The notes under the pieces: generated by a model
The model's input: only the letters and a program-made list of their open reading frames with translations
What the model was told of the DNA's origin: nothing
The model's database searches: none
NCBI RefSeq assembly: GCF_009914755.1
Contig: NC_060933.1
Source of the DNA: the human T2T-CHM13v2.0 reference genome, Homo sapiens
Reading direction: 5' to 3' (one strand)
Length of the DNA stretch: 64,000 nt
Shown here: piece after piece, positions 39,185 to 54,425 of the stretch
Layout of the letters: each line of letters opens with the position of its first letter
How positions within the stretch are numbered: the stretch's first letter is position 1
Made by a program: the position numbers and the translations under genes

Positions 39185-39320
39185 CTGATGCTTGTTTAAA
39201 ATGCAGACACCTATATCCTGCTCCAGCCCTACTGAAGCTCGGGGAAACTCTCTGGAGTCTGCAATTGTAACAAGGTCCCAGGTGTTTCTTATACATACTG
39301 AACTTCAAGAACCACTGTTC
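39185..39320. mobile_element. MER5B-like MITE
   Basis: GCTTGTTTAAAATGCAGA...CCCAGGTG...AGAACCACTG. Confidence 0.65.
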
Positions 39321-40606
39321 TAGATGGCTAGACGGACTTCTTTGTACACACTGTAAAAAGAAAACAAAAGTATATGGGAGACATATGAAGATGGTAAAAT
39401 GAGGTGACACCTGAATACCTTCTAGAGAAATTCTGCTAAAATATTTATGAAACTATTTTTTTAAATCCCCAGAAAGCACAATAAATAACATGAAGTAAGC
39501 ACTGCTAGGCTCTGTGACATTTTCACAAGTGCTTACCATTTTTAAAGACCTGTTTTTGATCTCTAAAATGCATTATAATCTCTACCTCATAAAGGGTTGT
39601 GACAATTAAAGAGAAAGGCATTAATCAAACAAGCTAGTGCGACACCAATATATAAGTAGCATTTAAAAGTTGTCCACACTTCACTCTTCCCACTAAGATT
39701 TTCCTTAGCCTCTGATCACTCCAGGCTGGGTATGCAAGCCAGTTATTTGAAAACTGTGCACCACAGAGGTCTGAGAGCCTTTCCTTACCAGTCAATGGGT
39801 TTGATATTATTCTAGAGCCTTGAACCCCAAATTGTTAGGGCATCAGTTTCACTGAACCTATACTTTTTTCCTGATTCCCAGGGTTTATACAATTTTGTCC
39901 TGCCTCCTACCTATTATTTATGTCCACCCAGGCTTTGCAGGAACTATGATTTAGGTAATTTTCAGACACCAACTTCTAGTGAGATCTGAAAGTCCCCTCT
40001 GCTATCTTCTTATCCTTTATATGTCAATGTCCACTAGCCTAAGACTTATATTCACTGTTCCATCATGGCTCCATTCTGCTGACTCTTAGAAGGAGTCTCC
40101 TGGAGGTTCCTTAGTTCCCACTTTCCTGCTAGCCACAGATACTCTCCCTCTCATTCCAGAATGTATCATAGCTTGAAACTTATACCACTTTCTATAAGTC
40201 TCCATTCAAATTGTATGCAGTGAGTAAAAACCCTTCCCTCGTCTTCAGCCGCTCTCCAAGATTGCTCTTCTATGTATACACTATCTTGCCTGAAGTTTTG
40301 ATTCAAGTTCCCTACATAATCATTTATGGCACAGACTAGTCAAATAAAAATTTACACCAAAAAAACCAATGGTATCACAGAAAGTGACAAAGTGTTAAAT
40401 TGTATAAAATCTACAAGCATCTAAGCAAGAAAAAAAACATCTATTACAACTTACTGTCAAAAGAGCAGAAATTAGCTTATTTTTAAAATGTGTATATGTG
40501 TAAACATGCTTTCTGAAAGATCACAGACTGACAACAACATCTCCTTCAAGAATAAAAGTGAGACCTAGGAATTTTGTATTAAACCAAGCTACATATAAAG
40601 AAAATA

Positions 40607-41270
<664 letters not shown>

Positions 41271-42049
41271 GTTATGATAAAGAGAAACTTCGAATATTTA
41301 ATTATCTTTTCCCATTGATTTCTAATGTTTTCAGACGTATGTTCTCATAGGAGTTGGGAGGGAGGGACAACAATCACTTGAAAAGATGTTTCTGTTTTTC
41401 TTGGTCTTGGTATCTTTTATTTCCCAGATGTATAGGTCATAAAAGGATTGAGTATGTCATCTAGTCATCTTTTGGATAAATATTCAACTGATAACAAGTT
41501 AAATTTTATTTCTTAGAACAGTCTCCTTAACTCCATGAAAGCTGAATATGTAAAGCCAATCACTATACACAAATGATTCTATTTCCGATGTCCTTTTACA
41601 GTCTTAAAGAGTCAGCTAAGAATTTTCTTCCATAAAATTCAGTTTGTTCTGGTTGAGAGGAGGAGGGCAAAGCTCCTACTGCATCTGCCTTTAGAGAAAT
41701 TCCAATAACTGTCTTGTTTTCAGTTTAAGGTAAGTGATCATAGACATTGAACATGACTGAAAATGTTTTCTCCCTCTCTCTTAAATTCATGTATTTATTC
41801 AGCCCGCCAAAACATATCATGCCAGGGACCATCCTAGGTATAAAGAAAGAAAAACATAAATAAGACAATCTCTACCCACAAAGAAGTTGAATCAAGAAGA
41901 AACATTAAAAGCTGGATGCTGCTTCTTTAGATTATATAAAATTTTATTTTGCAATGACTCTTGGAAAATGCAATATAGAGTTATAGAAAATATATATGCT
42001 GTGCATATAAAGAAATGATACATAAATCCAATTGACTTCCTCAGCTTTT

Positions 42050-42300
42050 TAATAATAGCTTTCATTTATTTAGTGCTCACTATATACCAGATCCTATACT
42101 AGGTACTTTAAAATTTTTATTTTCTATAATATTTACAGTAGTTCCATTTTGCATAGGAGGAAAAGAGCTTTATCTCCATTTTACAAATTAAGAAACTGAG
42201 CTTAGAAAAGTTATTAGTCATAAGAAATATTAATAGTGTATGGCAAAAAGAGGTTCAGCTCCCAGTGTCTATGGCTCCAGAGTTGGTGGCTCTTGACTTC
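42050..42300 (-). mobile_element. MIR
   Basis: AATAATAGCT...TTTATCTCCATTTTACAAATTAAGAAACTGAG. Confidence 0.65.
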
Positions 42301-42559
42301 TCTGCTATCACATCCCTACAACAAATGTGGGGACAACAAACGTGTCCTGTGTCATATACACAAAGTGAGATTAACTTGTTTGTAGAATCTTCTCCTCATG
42401 GCGCTTTCTTGCCATGCAGTGTGATCTTGATTGACATTTGTTCCAATGACTGGACAAGGCTGACTCAGGAGTCTGCTGTCATTTGAGCTGATGCAGGGGG
42501 TAAGAAGAAGGTGGCGTTTTATAGCCCTTTACATATTCTGTTGAAAATATATATTTACA

Positions 42560-42808
42560 GGCCTGGTGCGGTGGCTCACACCTGTAATCCCAGCACTTTG
42601 GGAGGCTGAGGCGGGCGGATCACAATATCAGGAGATCGAGACCATCCTGGCTAACACGATGAAACCACGTCTCTACTAAAAATACAAAAAATTAGCCGGG
42701 CATGGTGGCGGGCGCCAGTAGTCCCAGCTACTTGGGAGGCTGAGCTTGCAGTGAGCCGAGATTGTGGCAGTGCACTCCAGCCTAGGCGACAGAGTGAGAC
42801 TCCACCTC

Positions 42809-42834
<26 letters not shown>
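42560..42834 (+). mobile_element. AluY with a ~32-nt right-arm deletion
   Basis: GAGATCGAGACCATCCTGGCTAACACG; GGAGGCTGAG joined to CTTGCAGTG; degenerate TSD GAAAATAT.T.TTTA.A. Confidence 0.92.
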
Positions 42835-42839
<5 letters not shown>

Positions 42840-42994
42840 TATGTCTTTATAATTAGAAGCCTTCCCATTAGACTGATGATTTCTAAAGTATGAGGTTCCT
42901 TGTCTTTCTGTTAACAGAGACTACATTATGTCAGACAAGAACAGCCATTCAGTATCTGGTTTGGAATGAATGATGCAATAAGATAGGCAGATAC

Positions 42995-43430
42995 AGTGGA
43001 CCTCCCCATGACATCTGTGAAGTCCCAGCAAAAATACAAATGGAAACCTTCAGTCCATGGCCTCCCAACTTGCTTTTCTCATTCCTCACTCATTCCTAGA
43101 TCATAAGGGACCTTGAAACTTGTATGTGGATACTCTAGCCTGTTATGTGCAAGGTCTGTCCACACTATGCAAATAGAATTCCCTTGGCCACTTCTTTGGC
43201 CTATGCTATGCCCTCAGGAGGATGGGCCAGGGAACATGCTTATTCCTAGAATAGAGCTTGGGTCCACTTTGGACATAGAACTCTAGAAAGCTGTGTCTCA
43301 GATCATAGTCTAGAAAAGGTCTGGGTGAGCCAGGCTTCCCTTGGTCCCTTTGACCTTTAACCCTTTGTGAAGGGACACCATAGGAAAACTAGATCAGAGC
43401 CCTTCAAAATTCAGGGTCTAAAGGTGGTAC
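42995..43430. mobile_element. MER115-like hAT-Tip100 fragment
   Basis: CATGACATCTGTGAAGTCCCAGCAAAAATACAAATGGAAACC. Confidence 0.45.
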
Positions 43431-45164
43431 TGGATCTTGCTATGACCTACTTTATAGAATGAGAAAATAGAAACTCAGACACTTCAAGTGCTTCATTCAG
43501 GCTCAAAAACTTAGTGAGGAGATCTAGAACATGAACCAGTGACTTCTAGTGTCAAATCCAAGATATCTTCCACTCTACTCGTTGTTCTATTGTATTTGTA
43601 TAGGGAAAAATGACAATTTTTCCAAAATATTTAAAAGAAATAATTTCTCTCTTAGCATTTCTCTGCATGTAAAGCTGGGTTCTCCCTCTGGATATCACAA
43701 AAAGTTCACACCAACTTTATTACCTCGAGCCTCTGACCTCTAACGCAAAGAATGGGACTGATTGAGAGACAGCAAATTTGTAAGGGCTTCTGTCTTCTGT
43801 GGAGCAGAAGTGTCAAAAGTGATGCTTGTTGTGTTGAAAAAAAGTTGAAGTTTTGTAAGAGTTGTAACCAGAGATGTCTCCTTATCATAATAGGTCACTC
43901 GTTCAAAAAGGTTTTTAATTTGGACAGGATTGTGGGAAATGAGCATTTTCTTTCATTGCAACGACCAAACTGAACACCAAGTAGTTCTTACTATTTGTAT
44001 CTCTGGGTTCTAGTCAATATTTTACGTAAAGATCAACTTGATATATATATTTCATTTTAAACTTCAATAAGGACATGTTAAAATATGAGGAAGAATTAAT
44101 ACTAGTTTTTCATGTTCCATTATAATTATCTTTGTGATTGAAACCTTCTTTAAATTGAAGAGGAAAATGAAGTTTCTTATGGACACTGCATTTCAGCCTC
44201 TAGGCAAAACTTTGACACAATTTAACAACAACAAAAAAGAGGTCTATAAGTTTCCATGCAAGTGAAAAATGGATAATATTTATGTTATTAATCCTATGAG
44301 GGAGATGGTATTTCTCATTTTAAATCCTTCTATGTGTATTTATGATGCTTTGGGGAGACAAACATTTACTCTGACATCTGCCTTAAGTACCAGAAACAGA
44401 ATGAAAGTGTGAGAAGAATAAAGAGGATGCACTAGGCTTATTTTTGGGAAATATGAGCCTAGACCTGTGAACCCAATATATATGTTATATGTTGCTAACC
44501 ACTATATGATAAAGAAGAAACAAGTCTCCAGGAATGTGTGTGGGCTAGTGCTGAACCTGGACAGGTTTCTGTGCTTCCTACAAATATTCCTGGCTGCGCC
44601 ATAAATCCCAGCAAGGTGAACTACATTTCTTGGCCACTGTTCATCCTGTTTTCAGCTCATCCTTGAGGTTGGTTGGATGCTCTCACAGAGGATGCTAATC
44701 TTTCAGGCTTCTGAGCTCATGCAGTCCTTCTATCCTTTTGAAAGCACAAATCTCACCAGCTGAAATCAGTCATTATTTCCTTAGGGAACCAAATCTAAAC
44801 ACTAGAACTTCTCTCCCAGCCTGTAATTAAATCTGGCGGGCAGGTCACCAGTGCCACTGGGTCAGGAAAGAGAAGAAAAAGGAAGTGAAAGAAATGGCAT
44901 TTGTTTCTTGGCTGGCCCCAGTGCTTCTCTGAGAGGTAGGCTCTGGCAGCCACACAGTGGAGTCCCTGTGCCCAGAATATTCGTGCCCAGAATTGTTTCG
45001 GGTCTGCCAGCTGGCTCCAAAAAGGTTCTTTCCAATCAGGGTCTTGCTTGCTCACTCAGCACTTGAAGCTGAAGCACATTGCTGGTGGTCTGTTGCTGCC
45101 CCAAAAGAATTTTCCCTAATTTACCACCTCTGATTATGAAACAGCAGAGCTTATCATACTTTAA

Positions 45165-46207
45165 AAGGTATCAGAATCGCTCAGAAAGCTTGTTAAATAA
45201 AGATTCCTGGAATTTATTCCCAAGACTTTGATTTAGTGGGTCTAGAGTTATGCCTGAAATTTTGAATTTCTTTTTATTCTGATTTATTCATTTATTTTTC
45301 TTAATTGACAAATATAAATTGTATATATTTATCATGTACAACATGATGTTTTGAAATATTATAAACATGTATTTCAAATATATGTGGCTAAATCGAGCTA
45401 ATTAATATATGTATTATAAGTTAATATATACTTTTATATTTTTATATTATATAGGTATTATAGTATTATATGTTAATATATTATATGTAAAATATATGCA
45501 GCTAAATCAAGCTAATTAACATATATATTACCTTATATACTTATTTTTTGTGGTATGAGAACACTTAATATCTACTCTCCTGGCAATTTTCAAGAATACA
45601 ACACATTTTTATTAACTATAGTGACCATGTTGTATCATAGATCTCTTGAACTTATTTCTCCAATATAACTGAAATTTTGTACCCTTTGACAAGCATCTCC
45701 TCAACCCACCCTGCCAGCCCCCGGTAAACACAATTCCACCCTCCTCTTCTAATAAGTCAATTCTTTAGATTCCACATATAAGGGAAATCATGCGGTATTT
45801 GTCTTTCTGCGCCAGGCTTATTTCACTTACCATAATGTCCTCCAGGTTCATCCATGTTGTCACAAATGACAGGATTTTCTTCTTTTTTATGGTGGAACAG
45901 TATTCCATTGTGTATATACACCACATTTCCTTTATCTATTTATCTGTTGATGGACACTTAGATTGATTCTGTATCTTAGCTATTGTGACTAGTGCTGCAA
46001 TAAACAGAGGAGTGCAAATATCTCTTCAACATATTGATTTCATTTCCTTTGGATGTATAGCCAGAAGTGAGATTCCTGGAACATTACGAAAGCTCTATTT
46101 TTAAGTTTTTGAGAAATTTTCAAACTATTTTCCATAATGGCTGTACTGAGAATTTGCACTTCTAACAAAATCCCAGGTCATGCAGATGTTGGTGATCGAC
46201 AGCCACA
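45165..46207. mobile_element. MER5A split by a minus-strand L1MA6-like 3' fragment (~45272-46146)
   Basis: MER5A halves ATCAGAATCGCTC...TGAAATTTTGAATTTCT and TGAGAATTTGCACTTCTAACAA...CCCAGG; L1 3'UTR TTAATTGACAAA...GAGAACACTTAATATCTACTCT. Confidence 0.8.
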
Positions 46208-47131
46208 AAAGGCTATGGATGATTGATTGTTTTCTTCCTTAGTCGCCCAGATTTTAGTGTCTAATTTTAAAGTTAAACATGGCTATTATGTTAACTTTTA
46301 CTGTCATCGCATTTGCATTCTTCTTATCCTTACTGCTTATTTTCTATTTCTATTTTTCTTTCTTACTGTATATGATTTTCGTTGAAGAGGGGGAGTGTTT
46401 ACTAAATTCAATGACTTTTGAAACTAAGTAGGGTTTTCTTATTTATTCTACTAAGTAATTATACTTGAAGCTATCTACATCAAGTTTTATTCTGTTACGG
46501 AACAGGTAAGACCCCAGAAAGAGGTACCAGAGGTGATATTTGGATAATATCTACCCAATTGAATAAGAAATGTTGAATTTAATAGATTCATGCCTCCTGC
46601 AATAAAGTGGGGTCCAAATGTAATATCTGCCCTCTGACAAAGAACTTCCCTGATTCTGTCTCATCTGTGTTTAGTTTTGGTCTAAATGCCTGAGGTTGCT
46701 ACCTCACTATGCTGCTAGTTGGGCTTCTGTCTGTTCCATTTGGGCAGGAAGAAAAAGAGAGAAAATGAAAGCGATGTGGTTTGTCTCACCCTGCCTTATC
46801 ACAAGGTTCTTACCCCCGAGTTTGGGGTGAGGTTCAAGGAAGAATGAGAATATGACTCAGATGCCCCATCAATACATTTTCCCAAATAAAACAAGAGGTG
46901 TATGTAGCTAGTCCTGCCTTACTATCAAATATCAAACTTTTCATTCATTTGCAACTATTTTTAGTATATCAGCAAAGTTTCTCTTAGGTTTCAATGTAGT
47001 TAAGGCAGGCTATATACTGTGCTAAATACTGATTCTAAAAGTGTTATTTCCCAGCCAGTCTGTCTCTCTCCCAAAGTAAATGTAGTATAATGCAATTGAG
47101 TAGAAGCAATGTTGTTGGAAAGGTAATCTTA

Positions 47132-47575
<444 letters not shown>

Positions 47576-49842
47576 TTATTTGAGTCTTTTAACGTTGGTT
47601 AGTTGCTGGTCATCATCATTTTGGTGAAAACTTACTTTCTATTATGTGTAGATTTTTTGATCTTCTGTTTCTCCACTGCCTTCTCATATCTCTGAAAATT
47701 ACTACTTACATGCATTTAACCTGAAAAAAAACTCAAGACCTTAAAGAAGGTCCAGTGGTCTGTATGAAATATTTGGAAAATAAAGAAGAACGTATTCTTG
47801 GGAAGTAAGAAAGTATCATTAGAAAGCTTGACTTTGAATAGGATCCATCATCTCTCATCCAGAGCTATCAATCTGTTACCTTTCTTAAGCAATTTACTCT
47901 AAAGGGAGACAGATAGAAAGCCCACATGGTTGAAAGAGGTACGAGATAAACAGATATACCCAAATCTATATCTATCTATCTATTTAATCTACCATCTCCA
48001 GAACTAGAGAAAATAAAAAGAGGAAGATTTTAGTAGCTGCTGTTTTGGAAAATATAATTAAAGTGAAAGTAACAGAAAAAGATTTAAATAATATTTGTTA
48101 TACATTAAAAATGCAATCCTTTTTGCTTTTTTCATAGTCTGTACTACAAATAAAAATTGGTCTCTATTATTTATGCTCAAATCATTTCACTGCATAAGAT
48201 ACCATGCTGAGACTGTGCCAAATGATCTGCTTTAAAAAGGTTAGAATGTCACTCTTTCATGCAATGCAATAAGTATTTATTTTTCATTTGTTTATTTTTT
48301 TCCCTATGGTAGACTCTGCTTCAGAAAATCAAAGAGAAGAATACAGTTCTGCTTGCAAAGTTTACAACCTGGAAAAGCCACAGGTTTGGGGACGGAGAAA
48401 CAAATACCTGTGACATTAAGCAAAACAGGGGTACTTGCTACAGTAGAAGGGAGAAATGACAAGAAGCAGTCAAAGGGATAGGAGAAGAATCCATTATGTC
48501 ACTCATGCTAATGCAGGACGTACGCGGTGGTGATCAATACTGCAGATTGGCTGAAAGGGATAAAAACACAGAATAGTTCTCTGTAATTTGAGATCACAGG
48601 TCACTACTCTCCTTAAATACAGCATTTTCAGCAATCAGTTGGGACTGAAGCTCACTGATAGTAATTGAGAGTAAGCTAGTAGTGAGACATGGAGGCAAGT
48701 CTTTTAAAACATTAGAAAGAAAAAGAAAAAATGACAGTTTTGAATATAACAGATTTGAGGGAAGAGATTATAGACTAGGTGAGGACTAAAAATGTTTGTA
48801 GGCAAGGAAAAAATGCCAGGAGAAGTAGAATTTGAGGATGAAAATGTTAAAAATAAAAACAAGTCCTAGAAGTTGAACATAGAAGAAATATAGAAGAAAG
48901 GAAGTCTCTTCTTTGTCAGAAATTTGGAGGGGGGTTAGGAGGCAGGTAGAGACTAAAGGAAAACATAGAGTCAAAGAGATTTGAGGTGGAAGCAAGGGAT
49001 GCTAAATGAACAAAAAAGGCCTGAAGTTTCTGAGCATAGTTGAAGCCGAAGACTCTATTAAGTCTATCAGTTCTCATGGAGAAAGTTAGAGAGAGGTATT
49101 CAGTTCTAGAAAAATGATGAGTGATTCACCATACCCTTGCTATGCAGTAATGAGGGTCCAGCTGAAGTCAGTGAGCATAAGCTTGTAATAAACCAAGGCT
49201 TGGATTCCTGAGATTAAGTACAGAAGTGCAAGGCAACATGAGCTTCCCCTGGCTGGTGGCTGCTGCTGTGTTCATGGCTACACTGTGACCCACTCATGAA
49301 AAGTCATTTAGGATATCAATAAAGGCACCCTGAGACTCAAAGTGTTAAGAGACCTTTGAAGCGTTCAAGAGAAAAATTATAATGAGGATAGAGAGCTGAC
49401 TGGAGTGAAGGAATGAAAAAGCCCAATATAGGGGAATGAATTTAGGAGCCCAAGAACTTTGAGGTGGAGCTGTGTCACTTCTATTGGGAAGGATAAAGTA
49501 CAGTGAGACCAATCACTGCAGTCAGCACCATGGATGATCAAATCATTGACACTGATGATGATATGTAAAGGAGAAAAGGATTGTGAGCTATGTACTAAAA
49601 TAATTGAAGGTAAAATAGAAAAGAAAAAAGGGAGACACTTGGCATGGAAAAATAATGGAAAGCTGCCCCAAACAGAGGAATATAAGTAACTCAACAGTCT
49701 ACTCCTGAACATGCGCACTATAAATGAGAAAAGTGGGAGAACATAGGGACAAAAAGATGGCTGATAAGAATAGGTAGAAAATAGCATAAGCAATAGCATC
49801 AAAGTCACGTTGTTCTTGATATGAGAGGGTTGAGCTAAGTAC

Positions 49843-49886
49843 TAGGTTGGATGGTGCAAAAGTAATTGCAGTTTTTGCCATTAAAG
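49843..49886. mobile_element. MADE1 (Hsmar1-derived MITE), half element
   Basis: TAGGTTGG(ATGG)TGCAAAAGTAATTGCAGTTTTTGCCATTA. Confidence 0.85.
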
Positions 49887-49922
49887 TTTGCCATCAAAAC
49901 CATATTAAGAATTTGGGATTTT

Positions 49923-50234
<312 letters not shown>

Positions 50235-50504
50235 CTAAGAGCAATGGGAAGGAATTGAATGATATTAGGCAGTATGATTAACTGGTATGATCAAATTTTA
50301 CAATTTTCTTTATGCATGGTAAATAGATTGGAGGGGTGAAAATATATTTTAGGAGTCCATTTAGGAGACAATTATAGTAGTGTATGTGAACTGTGATGGC
50401 AGCTTGTCTAGGATGGAGACAGGCAGATTAGAGAAATATATCCAAGTACAACTGACAAACTTGGTTTTAAAGGTCAGGGGGAGAGCTGACTTCTGAGAGT
50501 CTGG

Positions 50505-50830
50505 CAGCGGTCTGCAAATTTATATGAAGGGTCAGATAATAAGGATTTTAAGTGTTTCAGGCTCTATCGTCTCTGTTACAGCTGTTCAACTCTGCTATTG
50601 TAGTGCAAAGCAGCCATAGCCAATATGTAATACGTACAACTATGTTACAATTGCTCTTTACTTGTAGACGTCGGAATTTGAATTTCACATAATTTTTATG
50701 CCATGAAATATTTTTCTTTTAAAGTTTTTTTAACCATTTAAGAATATTAAAACCATTCTTAGCTTACTAGTCATATACAATCAGGCAGAGGGTTGGATTT
50801 GGCCTACAGGGCTATAGCTTTTCAACCTCT
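50505..50830 (+). mobile_element. MER58B hAT-Charlie MITE
   Basis: AAGGGTCAGATA...CAACTCTGCTATTGTAGTGCAAAGCAGCCATAG...GGATTTGGCCTACAGGGCTATAG. Confidence 0.85.
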
Positions 50831-53257
50831 CAGCTGGGGCAACAAACTAGAAGTTGTTGCTACATACCGAAACACTGGAAGGGAACGAAGAAAACGTTCA
50901 AGGATTGAGAGATGTTTATTGTAGGAAAACTAAGTTCTAAAAAGCCTACAAAAAGAACTGTTAGAACAGTGGGTATTAATGAATTATGATGGGGAAAAAA
51001 AGAAAATGTAGCTTTCAGATTACTTGGTGGAAAGGGGGAATGGAAATTTACTGGAATTAGAAAAGTGGGGTTTTGGGAATCTTCTGCAACTATGCCATTA
51101 AGGGTCTATGAGTAAATAACTTCTGGCATAATAAGGTCTATGATAAAGGCTTGGATATTAATTCCATAACATATTACTTAGTGAGTAATAAACTGTCATT
51201 GATAATCCAAACAGGCACACCCTCAGTTTAGGACTATTACCTCAGCTTGAGTCACTGGTCTTCCATAATTAGGAAGTGATTTCTGCACCTCTCATCTCCA
51301 CTTGGACAAACCATAGAGGCTCCAGACTTGGATAAAGATGCCTCATTTGTTGACAAAAGTGGTGAATTAGGCAGGGTGAGGGATTTCGATTCCAGAAGCA
51401 GAGGCTTCCTTAGGGACTCCACAGCAAATTATGATAGAAGTAGCATAAAATAGAAGTCTGTTTTGCTCAAAATCTTCTAAAGCAAGTTTTTGTCACTAAT
51501 TTACTTTGTTACCTTGAGAAGTCAAGAGAACTAAGAAGCACCAACTGTCTACCGCTTACCGGGCATTAAAAATATACAATTTTAATTAAAACCTCCATGG
51601 CATTCCTAGCAAGTAATTATTATTATCTCCATTCCATGAAAGAAAATTCCAAGAATCAGCAAACTCAAGTAACTTGTCTAAGTTTATATAGTTACTAAGA
51701 CAGAATTCAAGCCTGGTTCTGTTTGACTCCAAAACTCAAGCCCTTGTACAAAACCATACTGGCTCCTTGAACTTCAGTTTGCTCATCTGTAAAGAGAAGA
51801 AATGCCATTAAATGATTTATCATGTCTCTTTGGTCTCCAGCACTCTGTAAGTTTAGTTTCATAGAGGCATCATGGCCATAAGGAGCAGGAGACATGGAAA
51901 TACATAATGTGCCTCAACTTGTGACATAATTTTCCTTCCAATTTAATGCCATCGTCTGAAATTATGAGATGAATGCATGTCTAAATTCAAAGTTACAGGA
52001 TGATACTACTTCAGATTTAAAATCAAAAAGTGTATGAATTATCCAGATAGGCAATATGAGCCCTGGGTATTCATTCCTTTCAAACTTTTCCAAAAAATTT
52101 TTAAAAATAAGACAAAAATTATACAATGTGCCACCAACAAGCATGTCAGTTATTGAAATTATTAGGTAAAAAACTTACTAATCAGGTTTTTGATCTGACA
52201 CTTTTTTAACTGACAAATAGTGAAGCCTTTAGAAGTGATTTTATTCTCTTAGTGTGCTGCTGTTAGTTAAGTGCTTTGTACTTTGATGGAAAGCATTAGA
52301 CTTGTCAAAATATTTCCCACACGATCACTGGGTAGGAGGTGGAATGAAAGACAGAGAGAATGAACCAGGTAGAACCCTCCAATGAGGCGGAACCATGAGC
52401 AACAACGTTCCAGGAAAGTTTCTACACTGAAAAGTGTTTCTAAGCAGAATGTTAAACATAAATGGACATGGCAGCAACCATCATTTTGGAAAATCCCTGT
52501 GTAGACATTTACTAAATATCATAATGATACTTACTTTCATTTACATTTGTAATATATGAGAAACTAATATGACAATTATAATACTCTCCACAAGTGTGAT
52601 AAAAGGAAAGGAGAATACAGGCTTTATACTGAAAGGAAGGAAAAAAGAAGGAAAGAAAGAGGGAGGGAGAGAAGGAGGAAATGAAAAAAATGAAATTTTT
52701 TGCCAACTTCTGAGTTCACTTTTCAAAGATTTGGGGTTTTCTCCTTTATTCCTAGTTGAACCTTTGCTTTGTAAAAGTTAAATTGCATATGCTTAAACCA
52801 ATAAAGATCTTATAATAAGTTGTTGCTGTTATTGTTGTTTTGCAAAAGGGGGCATTTTTCTTTTCCCTTTTTTCCATTATTTTGAATCCATATTTATTAG
52901 CAGTTTAGACACATTAAGAGAACTCACAGAAAACTTCCATAGCACTATGCTCTCAACTTTATATGAACTTTATATAAGTGTTCTTATACATTTGTAATGT
53001 TCCTAGAGTACATCTGCAGGGTTACTCTTCAATTACATTTTGGAGCTAAGTGACATTTACGAGCATTATTTTTATTATATTTGAAACAGAACAAAACAAA
53101 ATACCACCACACATTTTGGTATTTTACTTTAAAAATGTTTGAAATCTAACATCAAACATAAAACATGTAAAGAGGATATATTGTTTTTTTATTTTCCTTG
53201 CTATAAGTAAGCTAAAGATTATAAGTTGTCATTAATGATATTTAAAAAGATATTTCA

Positions 53258-53635
<378 letters not shown>

Positions 53636-54253
53636 TTATTCATATTTAAAGAAAGTATTCCAGAGCAAAGTATAAGAGCTTAATTTGTTAAATTCTCCTA
53701 TCCCACAGCCTGCCAAGCCAAAGGTTGAAGACCAGACTTGCCCAAACCCATAGAAAGTGAGAAGATTTCATATGGCTGTGTATGGGAGCTAAGTGCTTCT
53801 GTTCTGATTGAATGTGTAAAGAAAGGGATAGTTAAATGCACAGCTTTTTTGACTTTCAATTTTCCCTGACATTTTGGGGAAATACAGCTTTCTTAACCTG
53901 TGTGAAAACAGCAGATTACTGAGTAACACCTGAGAGGCTATCAAATAAATATTTTCTGCACTTTCGATTTCTTTATTATGCCACAAGTTAATTTATCTTC
54001 CGTAGAGAAGGTAGGGTAAAATTAGCCACAGAGACTGAAAGTGACTCTAAATCCCTGAATGTTATAAGGATATGTGTAAGCAAGTAATAATTATGACTTA
54101 TTCTCTGTCTTTCATGCCTACTTGCTTAGTCAGGTGTGATTAAAGCTTAATCAGCTTGGAACATGGTTATTGTAAATATCATAAATAGATATACTAATTT
54201 AAACACTGAATAAAGCATGAATTGCTGCGTGATTTTTATCAAAAAGGCAAGGT

Positions 54254-54425
54254 ATGACTCATCACTTCCTTTCTCTTAAGTAAATGACCTAAACACCATG
54301 CTGCACCCACACTAAGATTAAATCCAAATACGTCCTCCCACTTGTCCATCTTTTCTATCAAGTCATCCTATTCTATTCTTTGGATGAGTCCTGTGATTTT
54401 TTTTCAATGGGTCAGAGCCAATCAC
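54254..54425. promoter_or_regulatory. Candidate enhancer: AP-1/ETS composite site plus NF-Y CCAAT box
   Basis: ATGACTCAT (54254-54262) abutting CACTTCCT (54263-54270); AGCCAATCA near 54417; in non-repeat sequence. Confidence 0.35.
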
